From assembly GCA_965205905.1 (NCBI GenBank), contig CBDBHZ010000001.1, positions 93,497-157,496 of the forward strand: 64,000 bases of DNA, in the 5' to 3' direction. This stretch comes from Alphaproteobacteria bacterium. GTDB lineage: Bacteria > Pseudomonadota > Alphaproteobacteria > JABAAW01 > JAHZMA01. How positions within the stretch are numbered: the first letter of the stretch is position 1; the number at the start of each line of letters is the position of its first letter. Below are positions 9,143-18,850 of the stretch, one piece after another. The translations under genes were made by a program, and so were the position numbers. The notes beneath the pieces are model-generated. The model was not told where the DNA came from and did not search any database. It was given only the letters and a program-made list of their open reading frames with translations.

Positions 9143-11733
9143 AGAATACCACAAAAAATACCCAAGAAAATACTAAAGAAAACTATACCTATCTCAAAGA
9201 TTATCAACCGCCTAATTTCACCATACAATCGGTGCGTTTGGCATTTGATTTATCAGCCGAACAAACGATAGTAGAAGCATGGCTAGAGATAAAAAATCTT
9301 GATGGCGATTTGGTTTTATATGGTGAAGATTTACAGCTTGATAGTTTGATGATTGATGGGCAGAAATTAACCGATAAAGATTATAAAGTGGATGCTGAAA
9401 AATTGGTGATTTATCGGCAAAAGGGCGATTTTACCTTGCATCAGATGGTGAAGATTGCGCCCAAAGATAACACGAGGCTTGAGGGGCTTTATTGTTCGTC
9501 AGGGCATTTGATGACGCAATGCGAGCCTGAGGGTTTTAGGCGCATCATCTATTATCCCGACCGACCCGATATTCTTGCGCCCTTTCATGTTAGCCTAACA
9601 GCTGATAAAAAAACCTATCCTATCTTGCTTGCAGGCGGTAATTTGCTGGAACAAACCGACGCGCCTGATAACAAACATAAGGCAGTGTTTTACGACCCCA
9701 ACCCGAAACCAAGCTATCTGTTTGCATTGGTGGCAGGCGATTTTGAAACGCTCACCGACCATTACACCACCAAAGAAGGGCGCAAAGTTCGGCTGGCAAT
9801 CCATGTGGATAAGGGCAATTTAGATAAGACTGATTTTGCGATGCTTGCCCTAAAAAACGCCATGCGTTGGGATGAAGAGACTTATGATTTTTGCTATGAT
9901 TTAGATGATTATCACATTGTTGCCGCCAATGATTTTAATATGGGTGCGATGGAAAATAAGGGCTTAAATATCTTCAATGCCCGTTTGGTATTGGCAAGCA
10001 GTGATACCGCCACCGATAGCGATTACGATTTTATTGATGCGGTGATTGCCCATGAATATTTTCATAATTGGACGGGGAATCGCATCACTTGTCGCGATTG
10101 GTTTCAGCTATCCTTGAAAGAGGGGTTGACTGTGTTTCGCGAACAGCAATATTGCGCTGATAGTCTCTCTGCATTGGAACAACGCATTGACGATGTTAAA
10201 ACATTACGCATGAGGCAATTTGCCGAAGATGCTGGACCAACCGCCCATGCGGTGCGCCCCGATAAATACATTGAAATCAATAATTTTTACACCACCACCA
10301 TCTATGAAAAAGGCGCGGAGCTGATACGCATGTTGTATCATATGTTAGGCGCGGAAAATTACGCTAAGGGTATCCAGATATATCGCGCCCGTTATGATGG
10401 TATGGCGGTTACGTGCGATGATTTTTTTGCCGCCATGCAAGCGGCAGTGCCAGATAAGGATTTATCACAATTTATGCGGTGGTACACCCAAGCAGGCACG
10501 CCCGAAATCACGGTTGATACGCAGTGGAAAGATGGTGAAATGTTGCTGACTTTATCGCAAGCAATCCCGCAATTAAAAGCGGATAAGCCTAAATTGCCAC
10601 ATATGATTCCGTTAAAAATATCATGGCTTGATGATGACGGCAATCAGTTGACAAGCGCATGTAGTGAGTTGCAAGATGATATGCTGATATTGCAAGCCGA
10701 ACAGCAGAGTTTCACTTTTGGCAATCTGCCTGAAAATGCGTTGCTTTCTATCAATCGCGGTTTTACCGCGCCCGTTATCATCAAAGGCGATTTTGATTAT
10801 TTGAAGCAGGCGAGGCTTGATGATGATGGCTTTAACCGTTGGAATGCCAAAGAACAGTTTTTGATTGAGGCACTATGTGCGATGATGAGTGGCGAGAAGC
10901 AATGGTCTGATGTTGCGGCTGATATTCATGCTCTATTCTCGAATCTGCTTGATGGCTTGCCCTCTTTGTGGCAACTGCCCGATATTAGCAGCTGTGCGAT
11001 GGCGATGCAAGATTTTGAACCGCAAAAATTTTACGCGCTGATTGATGAGGCGGAGGCGTTTATTGCCGAGAATTTCTATGATGAGTTGCTGAAAATCTAT
11101 CAGCAACATTATGCTGATAGTGGCGAGGATTATCGTAACGGACGGAAGGCACGGCAATATGCTCATAATGCGCTTTATTATCTCAGCCTGAAAAATCAAG
11201 ATTTACTGCAACAGCATTTCAACAATGCCCGTAACATGACTGAAACTTTTGCTTGTTTGCGTATGGCACGGCGTCATATGTTTGGTGAAATCCGTGCCGA
11301 TATGTTGGCACAGTTTGCTGATAAATGGCAAGATAATCCGCTGGTGATGAATAAATGGCTGGGCATTCAGGGCAGTATCACCGATGCGAAACAGCTTGAT
11401 GTGATTAAGGATATTATCACGCGGGAGCAATTTTTCAGCATCAAAAACCCGAATAATGTCTATGCGTTATTGGGGCAGATGGGCGCGGTGATGAGCCCTG
11501 CCTATCATAATCAAACGGGTTATCAGTTTTTTGGTGATATTTGCGCCAAGCTTGATGAATTAAATCCGCAAGTGGGTGCGCGTTTGCTAGGCATGGGCTT
11601 GATGAATGCACGGCAACTAACGGCAAATAATCAGGCAATGCTGGCTGATATGCTTCAAAAATTATTGGATAAAAACCTCTCACCCGATATGTATGAAATC
11701 GCGAATAATCATATTGGGAGTTTGAAAGGGTAG
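9139..11733 (+). CDS. pepN: Aminopeptidase N (M1 family)
   Basis: TQCEPEGFR, GAMENKGLN, HEYFH...E and NNFYT motifs. Confidence 0.96.
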   Translation: MKNTTKNTQENTKENYTYLKDYQPPNFTIQSVRLAFDLSAEQTIVEAWLEIKNLDGDLVLYGEDLQLDSLMIDGQKLTDKDYKVDAEKLVIYRQKGDFTLHQMVKIAPKDNTRLEGLYCSSGHLMTQCEPEGFRRIIYYPDRPDILAPFHVSLTADKKTYPILLAGGNLLEQTDAPDNKHKAVFYDPNPKPSYLFALVAGDFETLTDHYTTKEGRKVRLAIHVDKGNLDKTDFAMLALKNAMRWDEETYDFCYDLDDYHIVAANDFNMGAMENKGLNIFNARLVLASSDTATDSDYDFIDAVIAHEYFHNWTGNRITCRDWFQLSLKEGLTVFREQQYCADSLSALEQRIDDVKTLRMRQFAEDAGPTAHAVRPDKYIEINNFYTTTIYEKGAELIRMLYHMLGAENYAKGIQIYRARYDGMAVTCDDFFAAMQAAVPDKDLSQFMRWYTQAGTPEITVDTQWKDGEMLLTLSQAIPQLKADKPKLPHMIPLKISWLDDDGNQLTSACSELQDDMLILQAEQQSFTFGNLPENALLSINRGFTAPVIIKGDFDYLKQARLDDDGFNRWNAKEQFLIEALCAMMSGEKQWSDVAADIHALFSNLLDGLPSLWQLPDISSCAMAMQDFEPQKFYALIDEAEAFIAENFYDELLKIYQQHYADSGEDYRNGRKARQYAHNALYYLSLKNQDLLQQHFNNARNMTETFACLRMARRHMFGEIRADMLAQFADKWQDNPLVMNKWLGIQGSITDAKQLDVIKDIITREQFFSIKNPNNVYALLGQMGAVMSPAYHNQTGYQFFGDICAKLDELNPQVGARLLGMGLMNARQLTANNQAMLADMLQKLLDKNLSPDMYEIANNHIGSLKG

Positions 11734-11766
11734 TTCAAGGAGCAATCGAAGCCGAGAAAAGACACG

Positions 11767-12243
11767 CTATTTTAAGGATTTCCAAAAGATAATTTTATCA
11801 TCTCCTGATGCCCAAAAATCTCTGATACGCGCTTCTTTGGCATAACCGTTCTGGCGGTAAAATTCCCGCGTCTGTGCGAATTCATCTGTGCTTGATGTGT
11901 CTGCTATTATGATGCGCTGTCCGCGTTCTTTAAGCTCAGTTTCTAGATATTTAGCAAGAATGCTACCGTAACCATTACCTTGCTGTTCTTGCATGATTGC
12001 AATGGCAAGCATGTTCCATGCGCCTTCTGCAAGCTTTTCAGGGACTGCATAGCAAAAGCCTATAGCCTTGCCGTCTGTTTCACATGTTAGCCAAATGTCA
12101 GAACTTTTATCGTTAGATAGGAAACCACTCACCATGTCAGGAAGCATGTCACTAGGGAAAAGCTCTGTGCTGTCAAGCACCGCCTGCAAAGCGGTAATAT
12201 CATCATGTTTTGTTGGTCGTATTTTCGTTGATTTTTTATCCAT
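11767..12243 (-). CDS. GNAT-family N-acetyltransferase
   Basis: QQGNGYGS acetyl-CoA motif A, FYRQNGY, RIRDFW. Confidence 0.85.
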   Translation of the reverse strand: MDKKSTKIRPTKHDDITALQAVLDSTELFPSDMLPDMVSGFLSNDKSSDIWLTCETDGKAIGFCYAVPEKLAEGAWNMLAIAIMQEQQGNGYGSILAKYLETELKERGQRIIIADTSSTDEFAQTREFYRQNGYAKEARIRDFWASGDDKIIFWKSLK

Positions 12244-12297
12244 TTGTTTTCAGCATCTTGTCGTTGGCACTCTTGGGCGCAGAAATAACGAACGGAT

Positions 12298-13494
12298 TTA
12301 CCTTCGTGTGAATTGCGCTTCGTGTTCCGCCATTTTGTTCAGCCAGCCTTGCGCCGCTTCTTCATCGCCATTTTCTTCACGTTCAATCCGCGACATCATG
12401 CGGAAATAATGTCGATTTTCAGTGCCGACTTTTTCCTTATATGTTTCCATACTCGTTCGTGCCTTGCCCCAGATTTCAGCATCAACCAGTGATTCCACCA
12501 ATAGCAAAATCGTAACAGGATTATCCATATCGCGCGCACATAACACTTCCATCGACCGCGCTTTATCAAGATTATTTTTTGGTTTTGACATCCGAATATA
12601 CGCCGCCGCCATCTCGGCATTGGCAATTTCATGCCAGTGTTTTTCAATCAGCCCCATCGCCTTGCGCGATTTATTTTGCTGTTCTAACACGCGCACATAA
12701 AGATGCACACCCGTTTCAGGCATGGCATTATAAGCAGCAGCGCCATGCTTTTCAGCCTTCGGCAACTGTTCTTCTTTCAGCGCCGCTTCGGCAAGTGCCC
12801 AGTGCATTTCTGCGCCACGTTGTCCTGCCTCGTCCTTGCTGATGGCATCTAAATTTTTCAGCTGTTGCAAGGTTTCTAAACCATCTTCAAAAGCCCGTAA
12901 ATTTAATTGTAGCGAGAAAATCTCTTTCAATAACACAGTAGAGGCGGGTTGCAAAATTAATGCGCGTTTGGCATAAGCGAGTGCTTCGGCAAATAACCGT
13001 TGCTCTTTGGCATGGCGCATCAGCCCCAACAAGCCCAAAAATGCGGTGTTTGGCTTATCCAGCAATTTTTGGAAATAGGCGACTGCTGCCTCGTGGTCGC
13101 CTGCTAATTGCGATGCTTGCGCGGCAAACAGCGTGGATACCGTATCATTTTCTAGCAATTCATGCGCCTTGCCCGTCATTCGTTTGGCGGCTTTTTGGTC
13201 GCCTGATGCAATCGCTACTAATGCGTGAGTCAGCACATCATACCCGCGTTCTTGTTGGCGTTTGCTCCAATATTTGCTCACCAGAGTCGGCAGATTATTT
13301 AGGCGATGCCACGAATTTGTGATAATTACCGATAGCACGCACAGAATAATCACCAGTGCTACCGCAAAACCGATGGTGGTATCAATATTCCATTGCGCCC
13401 ACACAATATGCACATGTCCCGGACGGTTGGCAAGCCACACGGATAGCCACACCAATAAACCGATTTTTATGCCCCAACTGATTGCTTTGGTCAT
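12298..13494 (-). CDS. hemY: HemY N-terminal-domain/TPR membrane protein
   Basis: WLANRPGHVHIVW, two TM helices, TPR-like helices; last gene of hemC-hemD-mic60-hemY. Confidence 0.85.
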   Translation of the reverse strand: MTKAISWGIKIGLLVWLSVWLANRPGHVHIVWAQWNIDTTIGFAVALVIILCVLSVIITNSWHRLNNLPTLVSKYWSKRQQERGYDVLTHALVAIASGDQKAAKRMTGKAHELLENDTVSTLFAAQASQLAGDHEAAVAYFQKLLDKPNTAFLGLLGLMRHAKEQRLFAEALAYAKRALILQPASTVLLKEIFSLQLNLRAFEDGLETLQQLKNLDAISKDEAGQRGAEMHWALAEAALKEEQLPKAEKHGAAAYNAMPETGVHLYVRVLEQQNKSRKAMGLIEKHWHEIANAEMAAAYIRMSKPKNNLDKARSMEVLCARDMDNPVTILLLVESLVDAEIWGKARTSMETYKEKVGTENRHYFRMMSRIEREENGDEEAAQGWLNKMAEHEAQFTRR

Positions 13495-13505
13495 GTTTCT
13501 ATTCC

Positions 13506-15275
13506 TTAGCCTTGTTCGTCAGTTTGCGCCACATCAGCGGATTCACCATTGGGTTCATTGGCTGATTCATTACTGAATTCATCACTCAAATCTTTCAATG
13601 ATTCTGTAATTTTATCGCCAATTTCCAACCTGATGGCATCAACCGCTTCTAGCACTTCTTGGCGTGCTTCGGCTTGTTTCAACCATTCTGATAATTTTGT
13701 TTCTTGTCCATAGCGGATAATATCAGGCTTGGCATAGCGGATGCCTTCTTCCAGATTGCCCTGCGAGAGATAATATTCCGCACGCAGTAAATCGTTAAGG
13801 TCGGTGATTTGCTCTTGCTTTTTGAAATGCACGAGCGAGCGCACCCTTACAAGCGCTTGTTCTTTCCAATCTTCGGCTTCGCTATCGGTTTTCTTAACCA
13901 ATACAGGATAGAGGAAATCACTATATTGTTGCGATAAAATCGGCAGCGCGATAATCGGTTTATTTTGGTGAAACCTTAAAGTAGCAATATCGTTGCTAAT
14001 ATCATCACGGTAATCAGTGTTTTTGGTTAATTCATCAAAACGACTTAATTGTATCTGAAAATTGAGACCATCGCGAATGCGGGCATCAAGCAGTTCTAGC
14101 GCATAAAACAAACCGATTGAACGGCTGAAATTACGTTCAAATAATTGCCCTGATTCCACTTCCACATTTTCCAAACGGCGCGATAACAGCCGCGAATTTT
14201 CTTCTAACTGTTTCAACAAACCCGTTAGAGAATCGATTTGCACCTGATTGGTAACTGATTCTTTTTTCAAGATTTCCACACCTAACCGTGCATCTTCTAG
14301 TTTTTTCAACTCATCTGCCGATATGCCCTTCTGCTGTCCAAACACTTCCACGCCTTGTTCTTGCTGAAAATTGAAAGTTAATAAGGCAAGGCTGGCATTG
14401 GCTTGTTCAACCTGTGCTAACCGTTCTTCCATCACAGTGATTCTATCAAGCACGACGCCTATTTGCAAATTGCCACCGCCACCGCTTTCACCGCCCTCGC
14501 CACCATGTCCATCATCATATCCTTCGCCATGGTCATCGCCGTGTCCGCCACCTAACGAGGCTTGTAATTTTCTATCAATGCCATCAGACCAAAGTGGGCG
14601 CGTTACCACTGCTAAAATAGCCATGAAAGAGAGTAATAATGCCCAATGGGCGGCTGTTGATTTTGGTAAATCAGAGGCAGCAGCACCGTGCCCATGTCCG
14701 CCACCGCCATGTCCGTCGTCATCATTAGGGCTAGAGATGGCAGCTTCTTCCATCATTGCTTCTGCCATTGTTGGTGTTGGTTCAGCTTTTTTTTCTGCCG
14801 CTGCTTGTTTGGCTTTGCTACGGTCGCGAAAAGCACCACCACCGTCGACAGTTGCTTCTTTTTTATCCAGTTCGGCTGGTTTTATATCATCGTCAACAGC
14901 AGAAATATCACCCATAGCATCATCGCCAAATTCTTTCATCATCGCCAAATCGGCAGCGCTTAAAGGTTCTTCACTGGAATTCTCCTCGCTGGAAGTTTCT
15001 TCATTGGTAGCTTGTTCGGTGGAAAAATTTGAGGGGTCCATTTCAGGATTGCCTTCTAATGCTTTTTTAAAAAATTCAGGCAAAATAATATCTTTCCTGA
15101 ACGCACTTGCATTAATCAATTCCAAACGGTTCGCAGGAATTCGAGCGCGTTGCTTCCAGCCTTGCACTGTGCTAACGCCCAGCCCTATTTCTTTCGCCAT
15201 GGGCCTTAGGCCACCGAAGCTATCTAATACGGCGACAACATATTCTTCACCAATAATATCAAAAGGTTCTGCCAT
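13506..15275 (-). CDS. Mitofilin/Mic60-like (COG4223) protein with an N-terminal Cro-like HTH
   Basis: Position between hemD and hemY; single TM, coiled coil and C-terminal RAE..L..G.L...WL..AEAR mitofilin-like end; N-terminus FGGLRPMAKEIGLGVSTVQGWKQRARIP. Confidence 0.7.
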   Translation of the reverse strand: MAEPFDIIGEEYVVAVLDSFGGLRPMAKEIGLGVSTVQGWKQRARIPANRLELINASAFRKDIILPEFFKKALEGNPEMDPSNFSTEQATNEETSSEENSSEEPLSAADLAMMKEFGDDAMGDISAVDDDIKPAELDKKEATVDGGGAFRDRSKAKQAAAEKKAEPTPTMAEAMMEEAAISSPNDDDGHGGGGHGHGAAASDLPKSTAAHWALLLSFMAILAVVTRPLWSDGIDRKLQASLGGGHGDDHGEGYDDGHGGEGGESGGGGNLQIGVVLDRITVMEERLAQVEQANASLALLTFNFQQEQGVEVFGQQKGISADELKKLEDARLGVEILKKESVTNQVQIDSLTGLLKQLEENSRLLSRRLENVEVESGQLFERNFSRSIGLFYALELLDARIRDGLNFQIQLSRFDELTKNTDYRDDISNDIATLRFHQNKPIIALPILSQQYSDFLYPVLVKKTDSEAEDWKEQALVRVRSLVHFKKQEQITDLNDLLRAEYYLSQGNLEEGIRYAKPDIIRYGQETKLSEWLKQAEARQEVLEAVDAIRLEIGDKITESLKDLSDEFSNESANEPNGESADVAQTDEQG

Positions 15276-16101
15276 TAATCTTACCCTTATATTTTACCAT
15301 TCCTTCATTAAGCCTCACCATTTCTAGCAAGCTTTTTATCATTGCATCATCACAAGATATGTCAGCAATTTTGGTGTTCACAGAGATATTAAGACCCTGT
15401 TCTCGCCATTTTCCAACATATTTTTCGACCATATCACATACAGCCTGACTCAAGCATACAAGACTTATAGTATATTTTAAATGATTTTGCAAAGTATGAT
15501 TATAAAAATTTATCATAAAAATTTCAGCCGTACGTGGCGAGAATAACATAATGGCATAAATTTGTGGCAAAATATCAGCAAAATCATTGGGCAGGCTAGG
15601 CACTGCAATGGTTTGATACAGGCTGATACGCTTCACATGAAAGCCTGCTTCGTTCAATTTTTCTGCCAATGAATGGGGATGATTATCGGCCGCGCCATGA
15701 TAAAGCCGCATATTTTTTTTGTTTTTATCGGCATGGGTGCAAATAAGCTGATACAGAGTCTCAACATTGCCAGAAGCGGTGAAAATATTGGTAAAGCCAT
15801 AATTTTTGGCAGTTTGCGCGGTTTTTATCCCAACAGCATAGAGAGGCAAACTTTGCAATTTTTGCTTCAAACTAGCATTTTTTTGGGTGGGGTGATTCTG
15901 CAAATGATGCATCAAGGCACGTACCCCATTGGCTGAGGTAAAAATCAAACCACCACTATCATCATCAGGCAATGTAGCATCAGGTAAAAAACTCACTTCC
16001 ATCATCGGCATGATGATGGGATGAAAACCGTGTTGTTGCAATTTTTTAGCTAGAATTTCGGCATCAAGTGCAGGACGGGTGATGAGGATATTAGGCTTCA
16101 T
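15259..16101 (-). CDS. hemD: Uroporphyrinogen-III synthase
   Basis: ILITRP, FTSANGV, AVG.KTA and FSPRTA. Confidence 0.92.
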   Translation of the reverse strand: MKPNILITRPALDAEILAKKLQQHGFHPIIMPMMEVSFLPDATLPDDDSGGLIFTSANGVRALMHHLQNHPTQKNASLKQKLQSLPLYAVGIKTAQTAKNYGFTNIFTASGNVETLYQLICTHADKNKKNMRLYHGAADNHPHSLAEKLNEAGFHVKRISLYQTIAVPSLPNDFADILPQIYAIMLFSPRTAEIFMINFYNHTLQNHLKYTISLVCLSQAVCDMVEKYVGKWREQGLNISVNTKIADISCDDAMIKSLLEMVRLNEGMVKYKGKINGRTF

Positions 16102-16104
16102 GTT

Positions 16105-17094
16105 TCATACTTGATTCGTTGTGGGTAACAGATGTGGTGCTTGTATTTTCAGTTTTTCAGCAAGGGCAATCCCCATCATCTCAGGGCTTTTGAATTGCCC
16201 ATCACTGCCAGTGAGTGTGCCTGTGAGAGTGTCACTGCCATCATCGTTACTTAATTGCGCGGTGATATGGCTATTGGCAGGCATCATGCGTTTTTTATCA
16301 TTCATGGTGCGGTGTTGAAATTGCGTCAACACGCCAATCGCAGTATGGCACGAGCCACCCAAACAACGCAACAACGCCCGTTCTGCCAGCAACTCATCTA
16401 ATGTGAGTGCGTGTGATAGCGGATAAAGCGCGGTATGTAACGCGATATTATCGGTATGGCAGGTGGCGGCAATAATGCCCTGACTGGCAGCAGGCAACAT
16501 AATTTTTGGGTCAAGCGGCATCACATTGGGCGTCATATTTTGCCCCGTTACCATATCCATGCGTAGCAAGCCCGCCATTGCCAATATAATGGCATCTAGT
16601 TTTTGACTGTGCATTTTTTCAATTCGGGTTTCAATGCGCCCGCGTAACGGGATTATCTGTAAATCTGGGCGAATGGCGCGTAATTGCGCGGCACGGCGTG
16701 GCGATGATGTGCCAATGCAAGCCTTAGGCGGTAAATCATTTAGCGTTTGGTAATGTTGCACACGCCCAATCAGGCAATCGCGCCGATCATCACGCGGTAA
16801 AATACAAGCGAGCTTAATATCATCATGCAGGCTACTCTCTAAATCTTTGGCAGAATGCACAGCAATATCAATCTCATCATTGATAAGCGCATCATCAAGC
16901 TGTTTAATGAATAAGCCTTTACCGCCAATATCGTAAAGCGGACGGTCTTGGATTTCATCACCTTGCGTGCTGATGGGGATAATATGATAGGTGATATTAT
17001 CAAAATGCTGATTTAAGAATTGGAGGAAAATATCAGTCTGTTTGCGCGCCAATGGCGATGCTCTGGTGCCAATGCGTAAGGTTTTTGTGGGCAT
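16105..17094 (-). CDS. hemC: Porphobilinogen deaminase
   Basis: IGTRASPLA, GGKGLF, AVHSAKD, GTSSPRR and GGSC. Confidence 0.96.
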   Translation of the reverse strand: MPTKTLRIGTRASPLARKQTDIFLQFLNQHFDNITYHIIPISTQGDEIQDRPLYDIGGKGLFIKQLDDALINDEIDIAVHSAKDLESSLHDDIKLACILPRDDRRDCLIGRVQHYQTLNDLPPKACIGTSSPRRAAQLRAIRPDLQIIPLRGRIETRIEKMHSQKLDAIILAMAGLLRMDMVTGQNMTPNVMPLDPKIMLPAASQGIIAATCHTDNIALHTALYPLSHALTLDELLAERALLRCLGGSCHTAIGVLTQFQHRTMNDKKRMMPANSHITAQLSNDDGSDTLTGTLTGSDGQFKSPEMMGIALAEKLKIQAPHLLPTTNQV

Positions 17095-17181
17095 GGTTAT
17101 TCATCAAAAAAATAGGTGATTGCAATATACGATAAAAAGAGGCATATTATGTGAGTTAAATTGTAACAAAACCATCAAGGA

Positions 17182-17364
17182 ATGTCAAAAAAGATGCAAG
17201 AAGATAATAGGGCAGTGGAAAAGCCTGATAAGCCCTTGCCTGTAAGTGCAAAATCGGGTAAGGAAAAATCAGGAACATCAGATAAGGAAGCGGCGTTACA
17301 ACGCAACCTGAAGCAAAATATTGCACGGCGCAAACAGCAACAAAAAGCCCGCAGTAAAATGTAG
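17182..17364 (+). CDS. Small basic hypothetical protein upstream of dcd
   Basis: AAGGA RBS; the ending L..NL..NIARRKQQQKAR resembles small conserved alphaproteobacterial ORFs. Confidence 0.55.
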   Translation: MSKKMQEDNRAVEKPDKPLPVSAKSGKEKSGTSDKEAALQRNLKQNIARRKQQQKARSKM

Positions 17365-17385
17365 TGGTAAATTGGAGAAAAAATA

Positions 17386-17940
17386 ATGGGCGTTTTGCCA
17401 GATAATTGGATTAGAGAACAAGCACAGAATAACGGTATGATAGAACCTTTTATTGAGGCGCAAAAGCGTGAGGGGGTTATTTCGTATGGCTTATCATCTT
17501 ATGGTTATGATGCCAGAGTATCGGACGAATTCAGCATTTTCACCAATGTTGATTCGGCGATTGTTGACCCGAAAGATTTTCGCGATGAAGCGTTTGTAAA
17601 GCGTCAGCAAGATGTGTGTGTGATACCGCCTAATTCGTTCGCATTGGCGCGCACAGTTGAGTATTTTAGAATTCCACGTGATGTGTTGGTGGTGTGTTTG
17701 GGCAAATCCACCTATGCCAGATGCGGGATTATCGTGAATGTTACGCCGCTTGAGCCAGAATGGGAGGGGCATGTAACATTGGAATTTTCTAACACCACGC
17801 CATTGCCTGCAAAGATTTATGCCAATGAGGGCGCGTGTCAGTTTCTGTTTTTGAAAGGCGAGGGCGATTGCGATGTATCATATGCCGACCGCAAAGGAAA
17901 ATATCAGGGACAACGGGGGGTTACACTGCCGAGAATTTGA
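17386..17940 (+). CDS. dcd: dCTP deaminase
   Basis: [29 protein letters not shown] and KYQGQ. Confidence 0.97.
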   Translation: MGVLPDNWIREQAQNNGMIEPFIEAQKREGVISYGLSSYGYDARVSDEFSIFTNVDSAIVDPKDFRDEAFVKRQQDVCVIPPNSFALARTVEYFRIPRDVLVVCLGKSTYARCGIIVNVTPLEPEWEGHVTLEFSNTTPLPAKIYANEGACQFLFLKGEGDCDVSYADRKGKYQGQRGVTLPRI

Positions 17941-17956
17941 GGCATTAATAGCGGCA

Positions 17957-17978
17957 TAATATCCGCTAGCGGATATTA
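17957..17978. repeat. 22-bp perfect palindrome at the dcd/toxin convergence
   Basis: TAATATCCGCT|AGCGGATATTA, overlapping the toxin stop codon. Confidence 0.75.
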
Positions 17979-18253
17979 ATGCGTTTTAGTTTATCATAGA
18001 TATTTTTATGATGCCCGATAAGCACAATATTCAAAATTTCAATTGCTTGATGATTGCTGATTCTATAAATGATTCGGTAGGGTGCGACTTTATTTTTATG
18101 TCTTCTATAATCGCCAGAATTTTTTAACATTGGATTTTGCAGAGGATTTGCTTTTAAATCAACTTCAATTGCTTTAGCAATTCTTTTTTGGTAGTTTTGT
18201 GGAATTTTCTTTAATGATTTTCTAGCATCTTGTGAGTAAACAATCTCGGTCAT
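17966..18253 (-). CDS. RelE/ParE-superfamily toxin
   Basis: 95 aa, basic; IVYSQDARKSLKK...YRIIYRI...IGHHKNIY pattern. Confidence 0.8.
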   Translation of the reverse strand: MTEIVYSQDARKSLKKIPQNYQKRIAKAIEVDLKANPLQNPMLKNSGDYRRHKNKVAPYRIIYRISNHQAIEILNIVLIGHHKNIYDKLKRINIR

Positions 18254-18256
18254 TTA

Positions 18257-18442
18257 TCAGATTTTATATTTCTCATAAAATTCTGGACCCAACTCTTTCA
18301 TCACTTCATTATGGGGAGTCCACTCTGTATTCGTTGCCATAACTTCATCAGCAAGCTTAATCAACGCCAAATCAAATTCATCAGGCTCTTCATAGATTTC
18401 TTGACTGGTATTATCAGCAATCGGCTGTTGCAACTTACCCAT
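18257..18442 (-). CDS. Putative antitoxin (small, acidic)
   Basis: 61 aa ORF ending 3 bp before the toxin start; W.PH.EV.KELG ending; AAGGA RBS. Confidence 0.7.
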   Translation of the reverse strand: MGKLQQPIADNTSQEIYEEPDEFDLALIKLADEVMATNTEWTPHNEVMKELGPEFYEKYKI

Positions 18443-18520
18443 GATTTGTATCCTTCATCATTAAAATAATGAATTTATTGTATCGTAACGAACAAACATA
18501 GTCAAGGAATTTCTGATGCC

Positions 18521-18848
18521 AGTATTAAAATACAGCGGTGGGATTGTTAAGGCTAGCACCATCTTTAGTGTTAAGCAACAGCGACACGCACCGCCCTCGT
18601 GTTGAAATACAGTGGGGGTTGTTAAGGCTTGCTCGATATTAGTATTAAACACAGCGGTGGGGGGTATGGGTGAGGTTTGCACCTCCAGAGTATTACACAC
18701 AGGCGGGGGGATTATCAAGGGGGGTCGCAACAAGGTGGGTGTCCTACGGACATACCCACCGAGAAGTTGCGCCGCACCCCCCTTGATACTATAAACCGAC
18801 TCCGCAAAGCCCCCATATATTAATGTCTTGCAAAATGCACCGCCCTTG
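18521..18848 (+). repeat. Modular repeat array R1 (about 5 arm units plus hairpin core 18713-18788)
   Basis: Tandem units AGTATT-N6/7-AGCGG(T)GGG...; core TATCAAGGGGGGT...ACCCCCCTTGATA. Confidence 0.85.
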
Positions 18849-18850
18849 TT

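Noticed and set aside
14371-15327. 318-aa plus-strand ORF (and 58212-58943, 243 aa)
   Set aside because: Antisense shadows of well-supported genes, with low-complexity mirror composition.
18713-18788. Hairpin cores as integron attC sites
   Set aside because: No RYYYAAC/GTTRRRY boxes, orientation is not tied to gene direction, and no integrase is visible; the resemblance is only conceptual.
18461-18794. ORFs within repeat arrays (also 22568-23021, 47676-47982, 54026-54472, 57467-57905, 62919-63378, 63576-63899)
   Set aside because: They are translations of repeat DNA in several frames on both strands, with no RBS or protein motifs.
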